A stretch of DNA of 64,000 nucleotides from Camelus ferus (taxonomy: Eukaryota). The notes under the pieces were generated by a model, which saw only the letters and a program-made list of their open reading frames with translations, was not told the DNA's origin and ran no database searches. Where the stretch lies: assembly GCF_009834535.1 (NCBI RefSeq), contig NC_045696.1:83702001-83766000 (forward strand), written 5' to 3'. The position numbers and the translations under genes are program-made. Positions 51,887 through 64,000 of this stretch are shown piece after piece; within the stretch, counting starts at the first letter, position 1, and each line of letters begins with the position of its first letter.

Positions 51887-54800
51887 GTAGGAAGGTGGGG
51901 TGCAGGAGCCTCACACTCGCAGGAAACAAATTTTGCAGCGTGGGCTTTGAGAGGCTTTGTGTAAAAATGTTCAGAAAGCCCTGGGCTGGATAAGAAATGG
52001 TGGTTTCCAGGGGAAATGGACCATGGCAATGAAAAGATAACAAAACGGGGAGATAGAATCCCCCTCTCTGGTTTTCCCTAGAAATGTTTAATTAAGAAGA
52101 CATTCGGCTTCCTGCAATGGCAGACTTGGGCTTATGTGATCTTTGCAGGAATATTTTCTCCTCCCTTCCCCTCATAAGAAAAGAAGAACAGAGGAGACAC
52201 AACACCCTCGAGACACTTAAAAAAGTTTACTGCCTCTACTTTTAGACTCTTCCCTCCTAAGAATTTAGTGTCTTAATTAAATTTAACAAACAAAAGAAAA
52301 GGAAAAATACACAAGGAGCACAGCTGAAGAAAATGCATTTGGGTGGAATTCCTTAACGTTTCATCTTAGTTTGCTTTCTGTTGTAATCTCCTGGCATGCT
52401 ACTGTTACCTAGGTTAACAGGGCATCTGCCATGGCGCCACATTCGTATAATTGATGGATGGAGGCTGCTGCCATGGCTGGTCAGTCACAGCACTCTGCCG
52501 CGTGGACCGCTGAAGCTCAGTTCTCAGGAATGTGATATGGGTGATGCCAAGGCCCCACGTACGGTCTCTCGACCAGTCGGTGGTCGAGCAAATTATTAAA
52601 GCGCTGGTCTAGAGGCGCCTCTCAGCCAGAAAGCACGTGCCTCTGCGCTCACAGGCACAGTTCCCTGGGCTAGGTCTGCTGTCTCCTTTGTATTGCATTC
52701 GCCAGCTTTGCAGAGCTAATGCTAAAATTAGTGCTTATATCAGGAGAACAGAAAAGGATGTCTTCTTTACAGCCACTGGCAACACACACCTCTAGTGACA
52801 TGCACTCTACCTGGCCTGATCTTTTTCTCTCTCTTTTCTCATCCTGCTGTTCATCCCTATCAAGACCTCAAGCCCCGTCATCAGAAGAGACTGTTAGAGA
52901 AACCAGCAGCCTTGAGTATTAAGATGTTTGGCAAGAAAAAGATATTTATCTGGACTTCTCCTGTTAACAGGATGTCTAGACTAATACTGCTTTGTTTCAT
53001 TATGTTAGATACCAGGAATCTTTGAGGGATGAAAAGAGAAGGGGTTCACCTTGGTTTCTTTTTAAAAATTCAGAAGGGTCAACATAAAATTTTAATCAGT
53101 ATTTACTGATTACTTTTTTACATCTATATTCTATCAGTTAAAAGTGGAGAGAGCAATCCTGTGATCCAAGAGGATCACGGATAGAAAGAAAATAAGGCAG
53201 AGAGGAGGAGGAGGGAAGGGGGATGGTGAAAGGCAGAGGCTGGTGCCAAGCCTGCTGGGCAGCCGCTCCCCGGGCCACTGCCGCTCCTCCCTCCGGTGGG
53301 CTGATTGACCAGAGCCATCTCTTCTCCCTGCGCCTGGCCCCTCGTTCCCTGCCCAGAGCTCCCGGCTCTGGTGCCTCTGTCCCACTTTCTAACCCTGTCA
53401 CAGAGGCTCCAGGTCACTGCACCCTCTCATGAGCTCCCAGCGGAAGCCCATGTCTTCCTCCCTGGGTGACTTTCCCCTCTGCCCCCCGAGGGTCCCTGGT
53501 TCCCTGTGTTTTATTTTTCTGGTAGTTCCTAAGATGATTAGTTACTGGATTTCCTACCTCTTTCCATGGTTCTCAGTTCTTCTCTTGAGGGAGAAGAGTT
53601 TCCAAATACCAGTCAAGGACTAGAAATAGAGACGCAGTTCTCAGCAGACTTCCACAAAATGAGAGAAGGAAGGAGGGGTGCAGTGTGTGAGAATACATAG
53701 TGTGCTGTTCGTAAGTGCTGTGTGTGTGAGACAGCATCTGTGGGGCGCTCTGAAAACCCTAAAGTGCTGTGTGATGTGCATCGATCTTATCTCCCTGCAG
53801 CCTGAGTCTCTCAGGTGCCTCAGCTGACCACAGCAGGGTAAGGCTTATTGCTGCCTTCCATAGATTCCCCTCCCTTCCAGCCCACGGTCAACCTGACTTC
53901 TGTCACATTTCCCCCCAGGGAGAAACTGCATCTTGCCAGGGTTCTGCCTGTTTGGAGGTACAGCCCATCAGACTCCTGACTTGAACTCTGAGAGTAGAGG
54001 ACCCAGAGCAAATGTGATTTTAGGAAATTTGCACTACCCCTGTCTTCTCTTAGTGCAACAGCCCTATCCTTCTAAGACCTAAAAATGATGGCTGTTAACA
54101 GGCATCCATTGTTGATTATTTGGGATTTTTTAGAATGAAAGACATTCACATGGTGAATCCTCATGTTGCTTCCTTTCCAGATTTATCTCTTTATGAGCAA
54201 ACCAGACAAATTATGACCAAAAAGTGCTATGTGTGCTTTCAAATTATTTAAATGTTTTAAAATATACAGAGATTAAACAACTGCTTGAAAAACCCAAATG
54301 CTCAGCTTCCCCAGTGTAACTGAAAACAGATTGATCTGAAACTTAGGAAAGAGCAGGTACGAGGTTATCTGGCTACCATCAGTGGTAGGCCAGCCTGTGA
54401 ACCACCACATCAGGAAGCTGTCCACATGGCAGAAGCTCTCCCGCTGAACATTACCCGGCAAGCAGGGATGTCCATCACAATAGTGGGCATTGCTGAAGGC
54501 CTTTCTTTGTCTCATCCCATCCACCTCTTTGGATCTCAGCATTCCTGACTACTTAAGGTGCAACCTTCTGAGAAAGGCACGCATACATACAGGGACTGGG
54601 TAGCTAGCCAAAGCCCATTTCAGACTCAGGAGACCTGTTTTATTGTTTTGTTTAGACTATTTATTAAACTTTGCCACTTCACATAGGGAACTATTTCTAA
54701 AATACCTAAAACATTAGGTTTCAGTAATGAGTAATGAGGAGTGGTGTTGGGAAATCTTTAACAAACTGTCTGCGTCAGCTTTAGCAGGACACTAAAGAGG

Positions 54801-55206
54801 GTCAAGTGTAGGAGACATAATTGGCATGCCTACATTGTAAAAGAGTAACATCTGGCTTCTGGTTCTTAGTCTAAGCATATTTTAAAATGGGAAACTCCGT
54901 ATCATTTTGTTCTATTTCAGTAATGCCTTTAAGATGAGTTTGAATTACTTTTGCTCCAAACATGAATATATTACTAGAGTAGTAAAAGTATATCTATAAA
55001 GTTGAAAAATCACAAAATTTTCATTTGTACAATCCCTAAACTAAGAAGTAACTTAAATTAGTGGTTCCACCACAGAATATATTGACAACTGGTAAACAAC
55101 CTAAATTTTCTACAGTTGATCCCAAGAGAAGAGGAAAAAAGAACTCACGAAAGGGTGCTTATCTCTCTAGCCACATTCTTAACCCAGCATTCATGGTCAT
55201 TCAAGC

Positions 55207-55395
55207 TAGTGGCTCTCAGGATTTGCTGTGGCTAAGAATTACCTTGGAAAGTGTGTAAAAAAGTGCAGATTCCTGAATCAGACCTCACCCTTGGAGATTT
55301 CCATCTTCCATGTGATGGGGCTCGGAGTCAGAGTTCTCTCCAAGCCCCTTAGCTGATGCTGATGCTCCAGGGACATGCTGTTTAGAGAAGCAGTC
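55207..55395. mobile_element. MER5-like hAT-Charlie relic
   Basis: 'agtggctctcag...agaattaccttgga...gcagattcctg...gatgctgatgct...gagaagcag'. Confidence 0.55.
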
Positions 55396-55799
55396 CTGCG
55401 ACAGGCCTGCAGGTGGACTTCGAGGAGTCTGAAACTTCTCTGCAGACTGATGTGTATCTGTGCCCATTTGCTAAAGGCTTTCTCACTGAAGTCTTAAAAG
55501 GGTCCATGATTCCCCCTACCACACAAACATACACAGAAAATTAAAAATCACTGATCTTTATCTAAACTTTTTATTTCACAGATAAGAAATTTGAGCTTCA
55601 GAGAGGTTAGCTAAATTTTCAAAGGTAACACAGCTTGTTATTGTTAGAACCATGTTAGACACACCCAGGTCTAATTTTAAAAGCCATCATGATTCCGTAT
55701 ACCTGGCACTGTAAGTAAATAGTTGATACGGGCAAGTTTTTCTTTATATAAGTTTGTGAATACAGAAGGAATGAGGGAATTTGAAGGTCACCAGTTGAT

Positions 55800-56545
55800 T
55801 TAGGAGCAGTCATCAGTGGATATTACCAGACGAATGCAGGTCAGGGAATTTTACCATGGAGAGATCAGGCTGTAATATTGGAGCTCACTGACCAACCTTA
55901 GCCTCACTAAAACTGGGACAGACATTATATGCCTCCTGATGTGATGAAAATGTGAAATCTACATCACCTCTGAAAAACCCTTGCTTTGCAAATTGAATCT
56001 GAATTCACTCATACATTTAAGCTAACTTCCTTTTATCAGAAATGTGGAGGCTACAGAAATGAGTTAAGAAGCAAATAAATCCAGAACGCAGGAAATTTTA
56101 CTGGACAACAAGTCAATATAGCATTAAGGAAAAAAGAGGGGAGTGGAACTGGTGTTAAATTTGGCCTTTGTCTGGATCATGATTAGAAGAAACCAACTAC
56201 AAGTAGATGTTTTTTAGAAGAAACCAACTACAAGTGGATGTTTTTAAGACAATTAGGAAAGTGTAAGCGTGGACTAGACAGTAGATGATACCATGGAATT
56301 ATTTATCAGACATGATAATGACATTATGGTTATATAAGAAAACCCCATTGTTTTAGAGATATTTACTGAGATGAGTAGGGGGGAAATTACATGACATGCA
56401 GACTTTTTAAGAATAATTCATCAAAAACTAAAGAAAAGTGATAGGTGAGGCAAGTGTGGCAACATCGAGATAACTTTGGAACCCTGGTGATGGCGATAAG
56501 AAGTTTATTGAGTTATTGTCTTTGTATGTCCTTGAAAATTGTCAT
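55800..56545 (+). mobile_element. Old L1M (L1MC/ME-like) 3' fragment, sense
   Basis: 'acagacattatatgcctcctgatgtgatg', 'gataatgacattatggttatataagaaaa', 'ttttagagatatttactgag'. Confidence 0.6.
56183..56244 (+). repeat. 31-bp direct tandem duplication (2 copies, 1 mismatch)
   Basis: TTAGAAGAAACCAACTACAAGT(A/G)GATGTTTT x2. Confidence 0.85.
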
Positions 56546-56636
56546 AGTAAACATAAATGACCTTGTTGTGTGTACATCCTGGAGAGTTGTGGGGCCAGGG
56601 CTGTAATCCAGGTCTGTCTGACTCCATCGTTTCTGT

Positions 56637-56838
56637 TAGGGGCTGGCAGACTACAAGCCCAGGCCTGTTTTGTACGTGAAGCCTTACTGGAGCCCAAGCC
56701 GTGCCTTTTTGTAAACGTTGTCTGAGGCCGCCTCTGCACTGCAACGGTGGAGTTGGGTAGTTGCTCCAGAGACCTTACAGCCAAGAAAGCCTGGGTATTT
56801 ACTACCTGGCCCTTTACCAAAAAAGTTTTTCACCCCTG
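56637..56838. mobile_element. MER58A-like hAT-Charlie MITE
   Basis: Termini 'taggggctggcagact' / 'agtttttcacccctg'; 'tatttactacctggccctttac' motif. Confidence 0.7.
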
Positions 56839-58559
56839 ATTGATATATTCTTTTCACCATGCCACAGTTTCAAGGCAGTTCCCTCCCAACCCCAACTAAA
56901 CCATGTTTAGTGTTCACTAGTATATCTTCATCATTAAGGCTATGGAAGACGTGTTCACTGAAATGGTCCAGGACACTTTTTTAATTAGTGAGACCTCAGT
57001 ATAGTCTGAAATAAGTGCTTCACTGTTGTCATCGCAATGCGCTCGGGAATGTTGTGATGAGATTCTGTGACTAAGGGCAGAAGAGATGTCATGGGCCACT
57101 GATGTCTCACCACAGAGCCTGCCGGTGAGACAGGGGTGTCTTCTTTTTAGCTCACCCTACCAGGACAGTGAGTGCAAAATATACTCTATACCTGTCCCCC
57201 GGATGTATTTATTTGGTGCCAGTGTGTGGTGTAGGGACCACGAGTCCAGCCAACAACAGGTGGGTTAGAAGAGGTTCATGAAGGCTGGGCTCTGTTAGAG
57301 CATCTTAGAAGGGTCGTCTTTGTAGGGTCCTAACAGGCCAGCGTCCCTCCAAGGCGTGTCTGGTGGGTTGCGGTTCATCCTGTTGCACCTGGACTGGACA
57401 CCTAGAGGCAGCCCTTACTAATTTGTTGTTCCTTAATTATAACACCTGCATGATTTCCTTCCCTTGCCCATTTCTGGGGTATTTAATACCTCCTTCCCCC
57501 CAAATTAGGTAATTTTGTGTGTTATTCAAGAAGATTTACTCTTGTACCACTGTCCTTGGAGAGATCGGGTTTCTTTTTGGTACCAGGACTCTGCGTTATG
57601 CTGAATTGGTAGTCAGGGATTTTTTATAATGTATTCAAATAACTTAAACCTTTTGGCATATGTATGGTTTTCAAAATAGTTAAGATAGAAAATATTTTAC
57701 CCTCTATTTTTCTGGAATGTAATAAGTAAATTGAGATTATGTAGCAAAAATATTTGGATGCTTTCTTTGGTTTGCATTTTGAAAAAAATAGTCAAAATCA
57801 ATGACATAATAGTAGTAACATACACAAATGAAAACTACTTAAAAGAGAAATGTGTTGGAACACTAAGGAGATGTATGGATTCAAGGTGGTTTAATAACAA
57901 TTTTATGAAGAAACTGAAATGATTGTATTCTAGATATTGTAGCCAGGGAAGTTTATCCGTAATTATAGAAATGAATATACACAGTTTTTCCTCAGTTTTC
58001 TACTATGTCATGTATAGGCAGAGGTGCCCCTTTTCTGTGCCTTTATAGAGCAGATATTTTTGCATTCATTCATTAATTCATTCATTGACTCATTCGGTCA
58101 ACATTATTTATTAAGCAATTACAGTGCACCACGTATGCATCTAGGTATTGAAGGCACTTAGCTGAGTAAGACAGATGGTTCCTGTCTTTACAAGAACTTA
58201 CGTTCTGTCAAAGCCTTCAGACTTCCACAGTTCTCCCACTTGGAAAAGGGGAGTTTTTAAATTTTATAAGCTGAATTTCTTCAGGGGTTATGGTTGGACT
58301 GTTAACTCTTATTCAGACAAATCATAGACTCAAAACACAAAAGTCCTAGATTCAGAATCACATTAATTTTTTGTAGTAGGCATATTATACATTTCTTCAT
58401 GGCCAACAGACAGGTCAGAACTCTGGCTTTCTTTACAAATTTATTCTTAGTTTTAATTTTGTCCTTGCTGCTTTGAATGAGCTTTTTGGAAATAAAAATA
58501 ATGTTGTTGCAAGTGTTGAAATGGTAAAAGTGTCCTCTGGTATCTCTGGTTTGTTTCAG

Positions 58560-58640
58560 GTTCAGGAAGATTTGACCGAAGAGAAAAAAAGGGAATTGGA
58601 GCATAATGCTGAAGAGACCTATGGTGAAAATGATGAAAAT
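58560..58640 (+). CDS. GOLIM4: GOLIM4 exon 15 (81 nt): VQEDLTEEKKRELEHNAEETYGENDEN
   Basis: tttgtttcag acceptor, AAT|gtatgt donor. Confidence 0.96.
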
Positions 58641-58663
58641 GTATGTGTGGGATATATATTTCT

Positions 58664-58692
58664 GTCGTGCGTGTGTGCGTGTGTGTGTGTGT
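58664..58692 (+). repeat. Imperfect (GT)n/(GCGT)n microsatellite just 3' of exon 15
   Basis: gtcgtgcgtgtgtgcgtgtgtgtgtgtgt. Confidence 0.7.
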
Positions 58693-58943
58693 AGCAGATA
58701 CATACAAATAGTTGGGTACATCGAAGATGCCACAGAGTTTTAATAGGCCAGCTGAGAATTAGAAGACTTTGTGACAGTGTGAAGATTAGAAAAGACCATT
58801 GCATCGTTGCCTATTGGAACATTTTTCTTCACTTGTTTCCTTTCTCCGAAAATGAATAACTTCACACTTTTTAAACAGGGAATCATTTATATCACTAACT
58901 CTATGCCCCATCTCTTAGTTTTCTTTTCTCTTTTAACTTTAAG

Positions 58944-59096
58944 GCCAATGAGAAAAACAATGATGGAGAAGAGCAAGAGGTTCGAGAGGACAACCGCCCC
59001 CAAGGCCGGGAGGAGCACTACGAGGAGGAGGAGGAAGAAGAGGAGGAGGACGGGGCTCCAGCTGCTGAGAAGTCACAGCGCAGAGCGGAAATGTAG
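58944..59096 (+). CDS. GOLIM4: GOLIM4 exon 16 coding part (153 nt): ANEKNNDGEEQEVREDNRPQGREEHYEEEEEEEEEDGAPAAEKSQRRAEM*
   Basis: ttttaactttaag acceptor; in-frame TAG at 59094-59096; C-terminus RRAEM matches recalled GOLIM4. Confidence 0.96.
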   Translation, partial: ANEKNNDGEEQEVREDNRPQGREEHYEEEEEEEEEDGAPAAEKSQRRAEM

Positions 59097-59320
59097 CCGT
59101 GCGGCGCCTCGGGCGGCGCTCAGCCCACACGGCCTTTTCAAGCTGCTCAGACATAACTCTGCCTACTGAACTCTAGGATATTTAATTACAAAAATTAAGA
59201 ATTTAGACTTTTTTTAACTTTTGTATTAGAAATGCTCATACATTTATATGAATATATTTTGATAACCTAGTTTAGAGCTTCTTTTTATATTCAAGCAAAA
59301 CATGAACGAGTAAGAAAAAC

Positions 59321-59326
59321 AATAAA
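59321..59326 (+). terminator. Candidate proximal polyadenylation signal AATAAA
   Basis: Canonical hexamer about 225 nt after the stop, with T-rich sequence downstream. Confidence 0.45.
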
Positions 59327-60627
59327 GCAGACAGGCTCTGAATCTCATTTTTCATAGATTATGGGATGTTGAAAAGGACACTGATTTTTTGTATATGTTT
59401 CAACTTGCTACTTTTCTGTCTTCCAGTTTCCAAGTGTTCTGTTGTTTGCCTTTGATAAAATGCAGGATTTCAAAATAGGGAATACTAAAAAATGCTGTGC
59501 AAAACCTTAAGGAGAATGGCCAGTTTACTAACTGCTGTCTTTCCAAGGTTCTTGTGTGTAGTTCTGATAGAATTTTCACCAGTCTGTGTATCTCTGGGAT
59601 AAGATCCATGGACAGTGACATACAGTTGGAAAGACATTTTTGTTATAAAGATGTTGTTTTTCAAGCTTTTCAGATCAGTTAGGAAAAATGTTTGGCTTTA
59701 CTTAAAATCACAGCTCTTATTAAATTTAAAAGTGAGATAGCACTAAAACTCACTTGACAAGTTTTCTGGACTTGGATATTTCAGTATTCAAACAAGGTAT
59801 GACACATGAGTGTATTATTAACCTTTCTGAAGGACTGACACCTTGTTTAGTAATTAATTTAGTGTGTCTGGGCAGTGTTTTCCATGTGAGCACCCCTCCT
59901 TTTCTTCCTGAAGTCACCCAGTATCCGTTAGTATCTAGTTCTCTACAGTAATACATACCTCCCCTGTCAGCTCTGTGCCTCGGTATATAATCACGGATGA
60001 TACACATGAATATGGAGACATACCAAATTGTACAACTGAGTAGGATCTTTTTTGAAAACTATGGTGAAATACACATGGGATGTGGTTGACCCTCATGACC
60101 TTTCTATTTGAGGGGACTGGGTCTGCATTATGCCCAAGAATAGAGACTTTCATGATTATGAATTATAAAAATCCCTTACAGTCAAGAAATTAAAAATCAT
60201 AAATTTCCCTTGGGATAGAGATGAATTTCAGCCTCAAGCATAAAGATTTTTAAATATATGGAATTAGGTTATATCATTCATATATGTGTGGTTTCATAAT
60301 AATACTCTCAAATTAATAAAAGCATTTCAATTTCTACCATTGTTGTAAGAATGTAATTTTTTTTAGTAACCACACTCATATATGATTTTGATTATCCCAG
60401 CTGAGATTGTGTATGTATGCATAAAAATTTATTCAAATGTATTTTGGATTTTCAGTAGTCATAAATCAAATCTTACCTTTATGTATAAAAACCCTTTATG
60501 TAATGTAAAATGTATAATATTGTATATAATATTCAGAATACAATTATTTTGGTAAATTAGTTTGTATTTTTAATGTCTCAGTTGCAGTATTTAATTATTT
60601 GAAACATATTGAAACTTAGTAATAATC

Positions 60628-60633
60628 AATAAA
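60628..60633 (+). terminator. Candidate distal polyadenylation signal AATAAA
   Basis: Canonical hexamer preceded by several TGTA motifs (about 60480-60570) and followed by T/GT-rich sequence. Confidence 0.5.
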
Positions 60634-62457
60634 GCTATAAAAAGCAAGTGGTAAATCTTTTAAAGTATGTGATTCCTTATTAGTTTCTGATCTTATACCA
60701 TTTTCAGTTCTTTTTCAAAAAAGGAAAAATTTCAAGAGGCACCAGTGTGTATTAATGAAATTATAAAATGCTTTTCCCAGTCTGTTCTTATTTTCCTTAT
60801 CTCTTTCTCTACTTGGACTGGCACGTGAGTTTCTTTCCCCTTTTCTAAAGAAAGAGCTAAGACTTTTTATTTTATTTGAGCTAGTTCTGGGGGAAGGAAA
60901 GAGAGAGGTAAGAGTGTCATGTGTGCACACATACAAAATAAACAAAACACTATTAAATCTTTCCCAGAAAGCGAATACAACAGTCACAAACCATCCTATA
61001 AGTTGTAGGGCCATTTCAGCTAATGTTTGGAGAACTGATCAGCCAGAGCTGATCTACATTGATGAGATGAGCAGAAATAAAATGTCACTTGTATTCATCT
61101 TGCCAATTAATCTGTGACTTTTGGTGTAACCCGTAAGTCAAAGGATTTGGTACCAGTGACATAATCAGAAGGGGGAAAGGGGGGCATGTTTATTAGGGAC
61201 AAGTAGAGTGGAGCACAAAAAAGCTCTATTAGTACACATGTAATGACTGGATATTCGTAAGAGGAACTGAAAAAGATCTAGGAGTAAGAGTATAATCTGA
61301 GCCACGTGGAAGTCACAGCGATGCACTGGGCTAAAGGAAAATGACTGACGCTGACTGAAGGGCTTCACAGTGTGTGGAGTGTGTGAAAAGGACCCACCCG
61401 TTAAGGGTGATGGAATTCCCTTCTTACAACGGAACAATTTTGTTCTCCTGGAACATCTGATGTAGTTTAACTGCTTTGAGTTCTTTGTTTTCTTTCTGGT
61501 TCTCATTACATTGTGGTACATGATACAATGGCACGTTGAACAGCCATTAAAAAAAAATAAGGTCTATTTCTACTCTTGATTTACCTTGGCTTCTCTTGTA
61601 CTATCTGTTCCTAGCTTCCTTCTTATCATTCTGGTTACTCTTCCCCAACCTCTTTTTGCAGGTTTCTTTTCCTATGTCTGCCTCCAGAATACTAGTGTTC
61701 TTCAACTTCTGTCTGGGAGCCTTTTCTCTCGAGTCCTCTTCTCTCTCACACCTTAGACTGCTCTCCCAATCCATCCCCTCGACCTAGCTTTCTATGAGCC
61801 ATCCTACCTCAAAGTTATCATTTTCAAAGCCAAATTTGCCTTCTTTCCTTCCTAAAGCCTACTTGTCTCTCTAGGTTATGAGTCTCAATTCACTAAGTTT
61901 CCCAAAACAGAAACAAAGTTTGTCCTTGACTCTTTCTTCTCTCCCTATAGATGCTCCCAAAATCTCTTTATATTTGCCCATTTCTTTCCAACCCTGCTGT
62001 CCTGGTTCAGGCCCTTGTTATCTTTTACCTGGACTATTGTAATAGTACCCTCTCCTACCAATTCCTAAAACCTTTCTAAAGATGACACTAACACTACCCC
62101 CCATTATAGTATTATTTAATAAATCACTACTGCACATCAGAAAAATTCCAAACTCCTTAACATGACCTACATCATTCTTTATAACCCATCTTAACTTTTC
62201 AGCCTTACAATTTTACACTCTAATGCTGAATCATAATAAGTGTGACTCATCTTTGTCAAGCACTAATGTCTCAGTAACCGACCTTGACTCCTGTCCTTGG
62301 GTGGGAAGTTGATCTGACCAGAGCCAATAATACTACCCCATATCTCAGGACAAAGTGCTTGTTCCAAGACAGGCACATGACTCAAGACACACCAACTCAA
62401 TTCCTTCCCTGGGTTTTTTTGTTGGAGGGCAATTCTCCATGTTGTTTCTACACATCT

Positions 62458-62904
62458 TGTGACAGCTTTTATCCTAGACTACCTTGTCAAGGATATTTGC
62501 CTATCAAACAGCTAGATGCTAGAGACAGTATCTCCTTCTGGGTCAGAGGGCATGTTTGTTCCCTGACTAGAACAATGAAGATACTGTGTCCCTGCAGGGT
62601 GGAATCTGGGCAGGTTTGCTAGCAGTCCCTTTATAAGATGGAAAGTTTCCTCGGATCAGAGATCCTTAGCTGTGACACCAGCCCACTGTGTGTGCAACAT
62701 CCATTTGGGATGCTCCACATCGTCCCCAGATACTAGGGGATCGAAGGGGGACTGATGCAGCTCACCTTGCCTGCTGTGCCATGAGGAATATTTGTCTTTG
62801 AGCCAGCAGTCTGGAGTCTTCTACCAGCATCCATATAACTGTGGCAGGCTAACTTCTTAGCCTGTAAGGTGGATGAAATTCCAGCCCCTGCACAATTATT
62901 GACA
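62458..62904 (+). mobile_element. ERVL-type solo LTR (MER21/MER77-like) nested in an MLT1 LTR
   Basis: TGT...TGACA termini, internal 'tttataag' TATA-like motif; splits MLT1-like sequence (about 62240-62450 and 62905-63250). Confidence 0.5.
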
Positions 62905-63250
62905 TTTTTGCATGCTGGAGCCAATGGAAGATAGCACCTCTTTCTTTCCTTTCCAATAGCAAAGCTACTGTGTTGTAATTTCAGGACAGCTGGTGTCTGT
63001 TTTCTCAGTTGTGTGGAGAAAATAGTCTTCAGAAGTAGAGAACAAACCTAGCCCATGAAGACAAGCAAAATGCAGAGGTAGAGATGAAGAGAGCTGTGGC
63101 ATTTTTTCTAGCCCCTATATCTTGCCATCCCTGATGCCAGTCAAGTCTACCCACAGGTTGATTAATGAGCCAATAAATTCTACTTTTCCAATTGAGCTAG
63201 TTGGAAATGGATTTCTGTCACTTGCCACCTGAAGATTCCTGACTAAGACT
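62905..63250 (+). mobile_element. MaLR MLT1 LTR 3' part
   Basis: 'atgagccaataaattc...gagctagttggaaatggatttctgtcacttgccacctgaagattcctgactaa' is a typical MLT1 3' end. Confidence 0.65.
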
Positions 63251-64000
63251 GGACTAACGTTCAGTTCCTTTAAATCATCATGCTCGCTTGCATCACAATA
63301 AATTTTCTACCTACTCTCCCTCAAAACACAGTTCAATCCCTATTTGCTCTCCTCTCCTTTACCCAGCTCATTGTTCTTGGTCTCACCTTAATACCAATTC
63401 TTCTGGGAGGGTCCACCTCTTACTCACCCTCCTCCCCAGTCTAGGGTGTATGTCTCTTCTATGTCCCCCTGTCAAATCCTGTACGTCACTTCACAGTGCT
63501 TCCCACCATGGATGGCAACAGCCTGTAAACTTGTCTAGACTCTCCTTCACATTCATGTCCTGGGAGGGTGGAGAGCTTATTTCTCTTGTTCATTGCTGAA
63601 TCCCAAGCACTGATACCTTCAATAAATATTTACTAAATAAAATCTTCTTGTCCTCATCTGTAAAACAAGAATATTGATGATTTCAAGGTCATGCAACAAA
63701 TAAGTGGCAGAGCTAGAATTTCTTCCCGGGTGAATCTGATTCCAACGTTAACTACAAATACAGCCAGGGTTGTATGGATCATTATCTAGTGTCACATTTT
63801 GAGTTTCACGTATAAAGAAGGAGTGCTTTAAATTTTGCAAAAACAAATATAGGAGTAAAAAAATAAATAAATAAGTGAAGTCTCAGCCATAGGGTTTTGA
63901 GGAGGAAACAACTGAAGTTATTTGACCTAAAAAAAGACAGAGTCAATTGTCATTGTATGTCTGTCTTCTAAGAAGCATCAATTGCAGCATGAAGAATAAA

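Larger units (their letters stand above)
29256..59096 (+). other. GOLIM4: GOLIM4 gene body, coding exons 2-16 (5'-partial; exon 1 is upstream of the window; apparent 1-nt frameshift in exon 10)
   Basis: Fifteen GT-AG-bounded exons translate to VVYEHRSRLEKSLQKERLEHKKAKE...EKSQRRAEM*, collinear with human GOLIM4/GPP130 as I recall it (coiled-coil stem then acidic luminal domain). Exon phases join consistently except for one missing base in exon 10. Confidence 0.97.
59097..60660 (+). other. GOLIM4: GOLIM4 3' UTR (approximate end)
   Basis: AT-rich sequence after the stop, with no repeat I recognise and AATAAA at 59321, 60315 and 60628; true end is not determinable from sequence. Confidence 0.55.

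Noticed and set aside
53159..53180. 9-bp hairpin CTGTGATCC-AAGA-GGATCACGG
   Set aside because: Too short for a pre-miRNA; this size is expected by chance in 64 kb.
29256..59096. Calling GOLIM4 a pseudogene
   Set aside because: Only one lesion, at a microsatellite edge; all other exons and splice sites are intact and conserved.
58807..59169. 120-aa Arg-rich ORF overlapping the last exon
   Set aside because: Shifted-frame reading of the GAG/GAA poly-Glu codons; starts in the intron at a non-ATG codon.
1..64000. CRISPR arrays, tRNA/rRNA/snoRNA genes, intact transposase or RT ORFs
   Set aside because: Eukaryotic intron-rich DNA; none recognised by eye, though small ncRNAs cannot be excluded without an Rfam/Infernal scan.

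Overview
Mammalian genomic DNA. It is AT-rich and CpG-depleted, with old MIR, L2, L1M, MER and MLT repeats and no recognisable Alu, B1, Bov-tA or PRE-1 SINE. One young L1 3' end resembles those I recall from camelids, so taxon assignment is tentative. The window holds most of GOLIM4 (Golgi integral membrane protein 4 / GPP130) on the + strand. Bases 1-29255 are the 3' part of intron 1; exon 1, with the start codon and TM anchor, lies upstream of the window. Fifteen coding exons (2-16) run from 29256 to the TAG at 59094-59096, all with GT-AG boundaries, followed by an AT-rich 3' UTR and repeat-rich flank. I found no wholly new biological system. The most notable observations are: (1) a 1-nt frameshift in exon 10 directly before an expanded (CAG)19(CACCAG)3 tract; (2) a strong AT->GC substitution bias in exon 10, suggestive of GC-biased gene conversion; (3) a cluster of RBFOX/QKI motifs in the intron after the 84-nt cassette exon 7; (4) a 14-bp hairpin, made by a small tandem duplication, between the polypyrimidine tract and AG of exon 8; (5) candidate poison, alternative splice and intronic polyA sites, a strong CTCF-like motif, and a young L1 insertion with a perfect 15-bp TSD. 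Comparisons to human GOLIM4 and repeat family names come from memory, not from searches.
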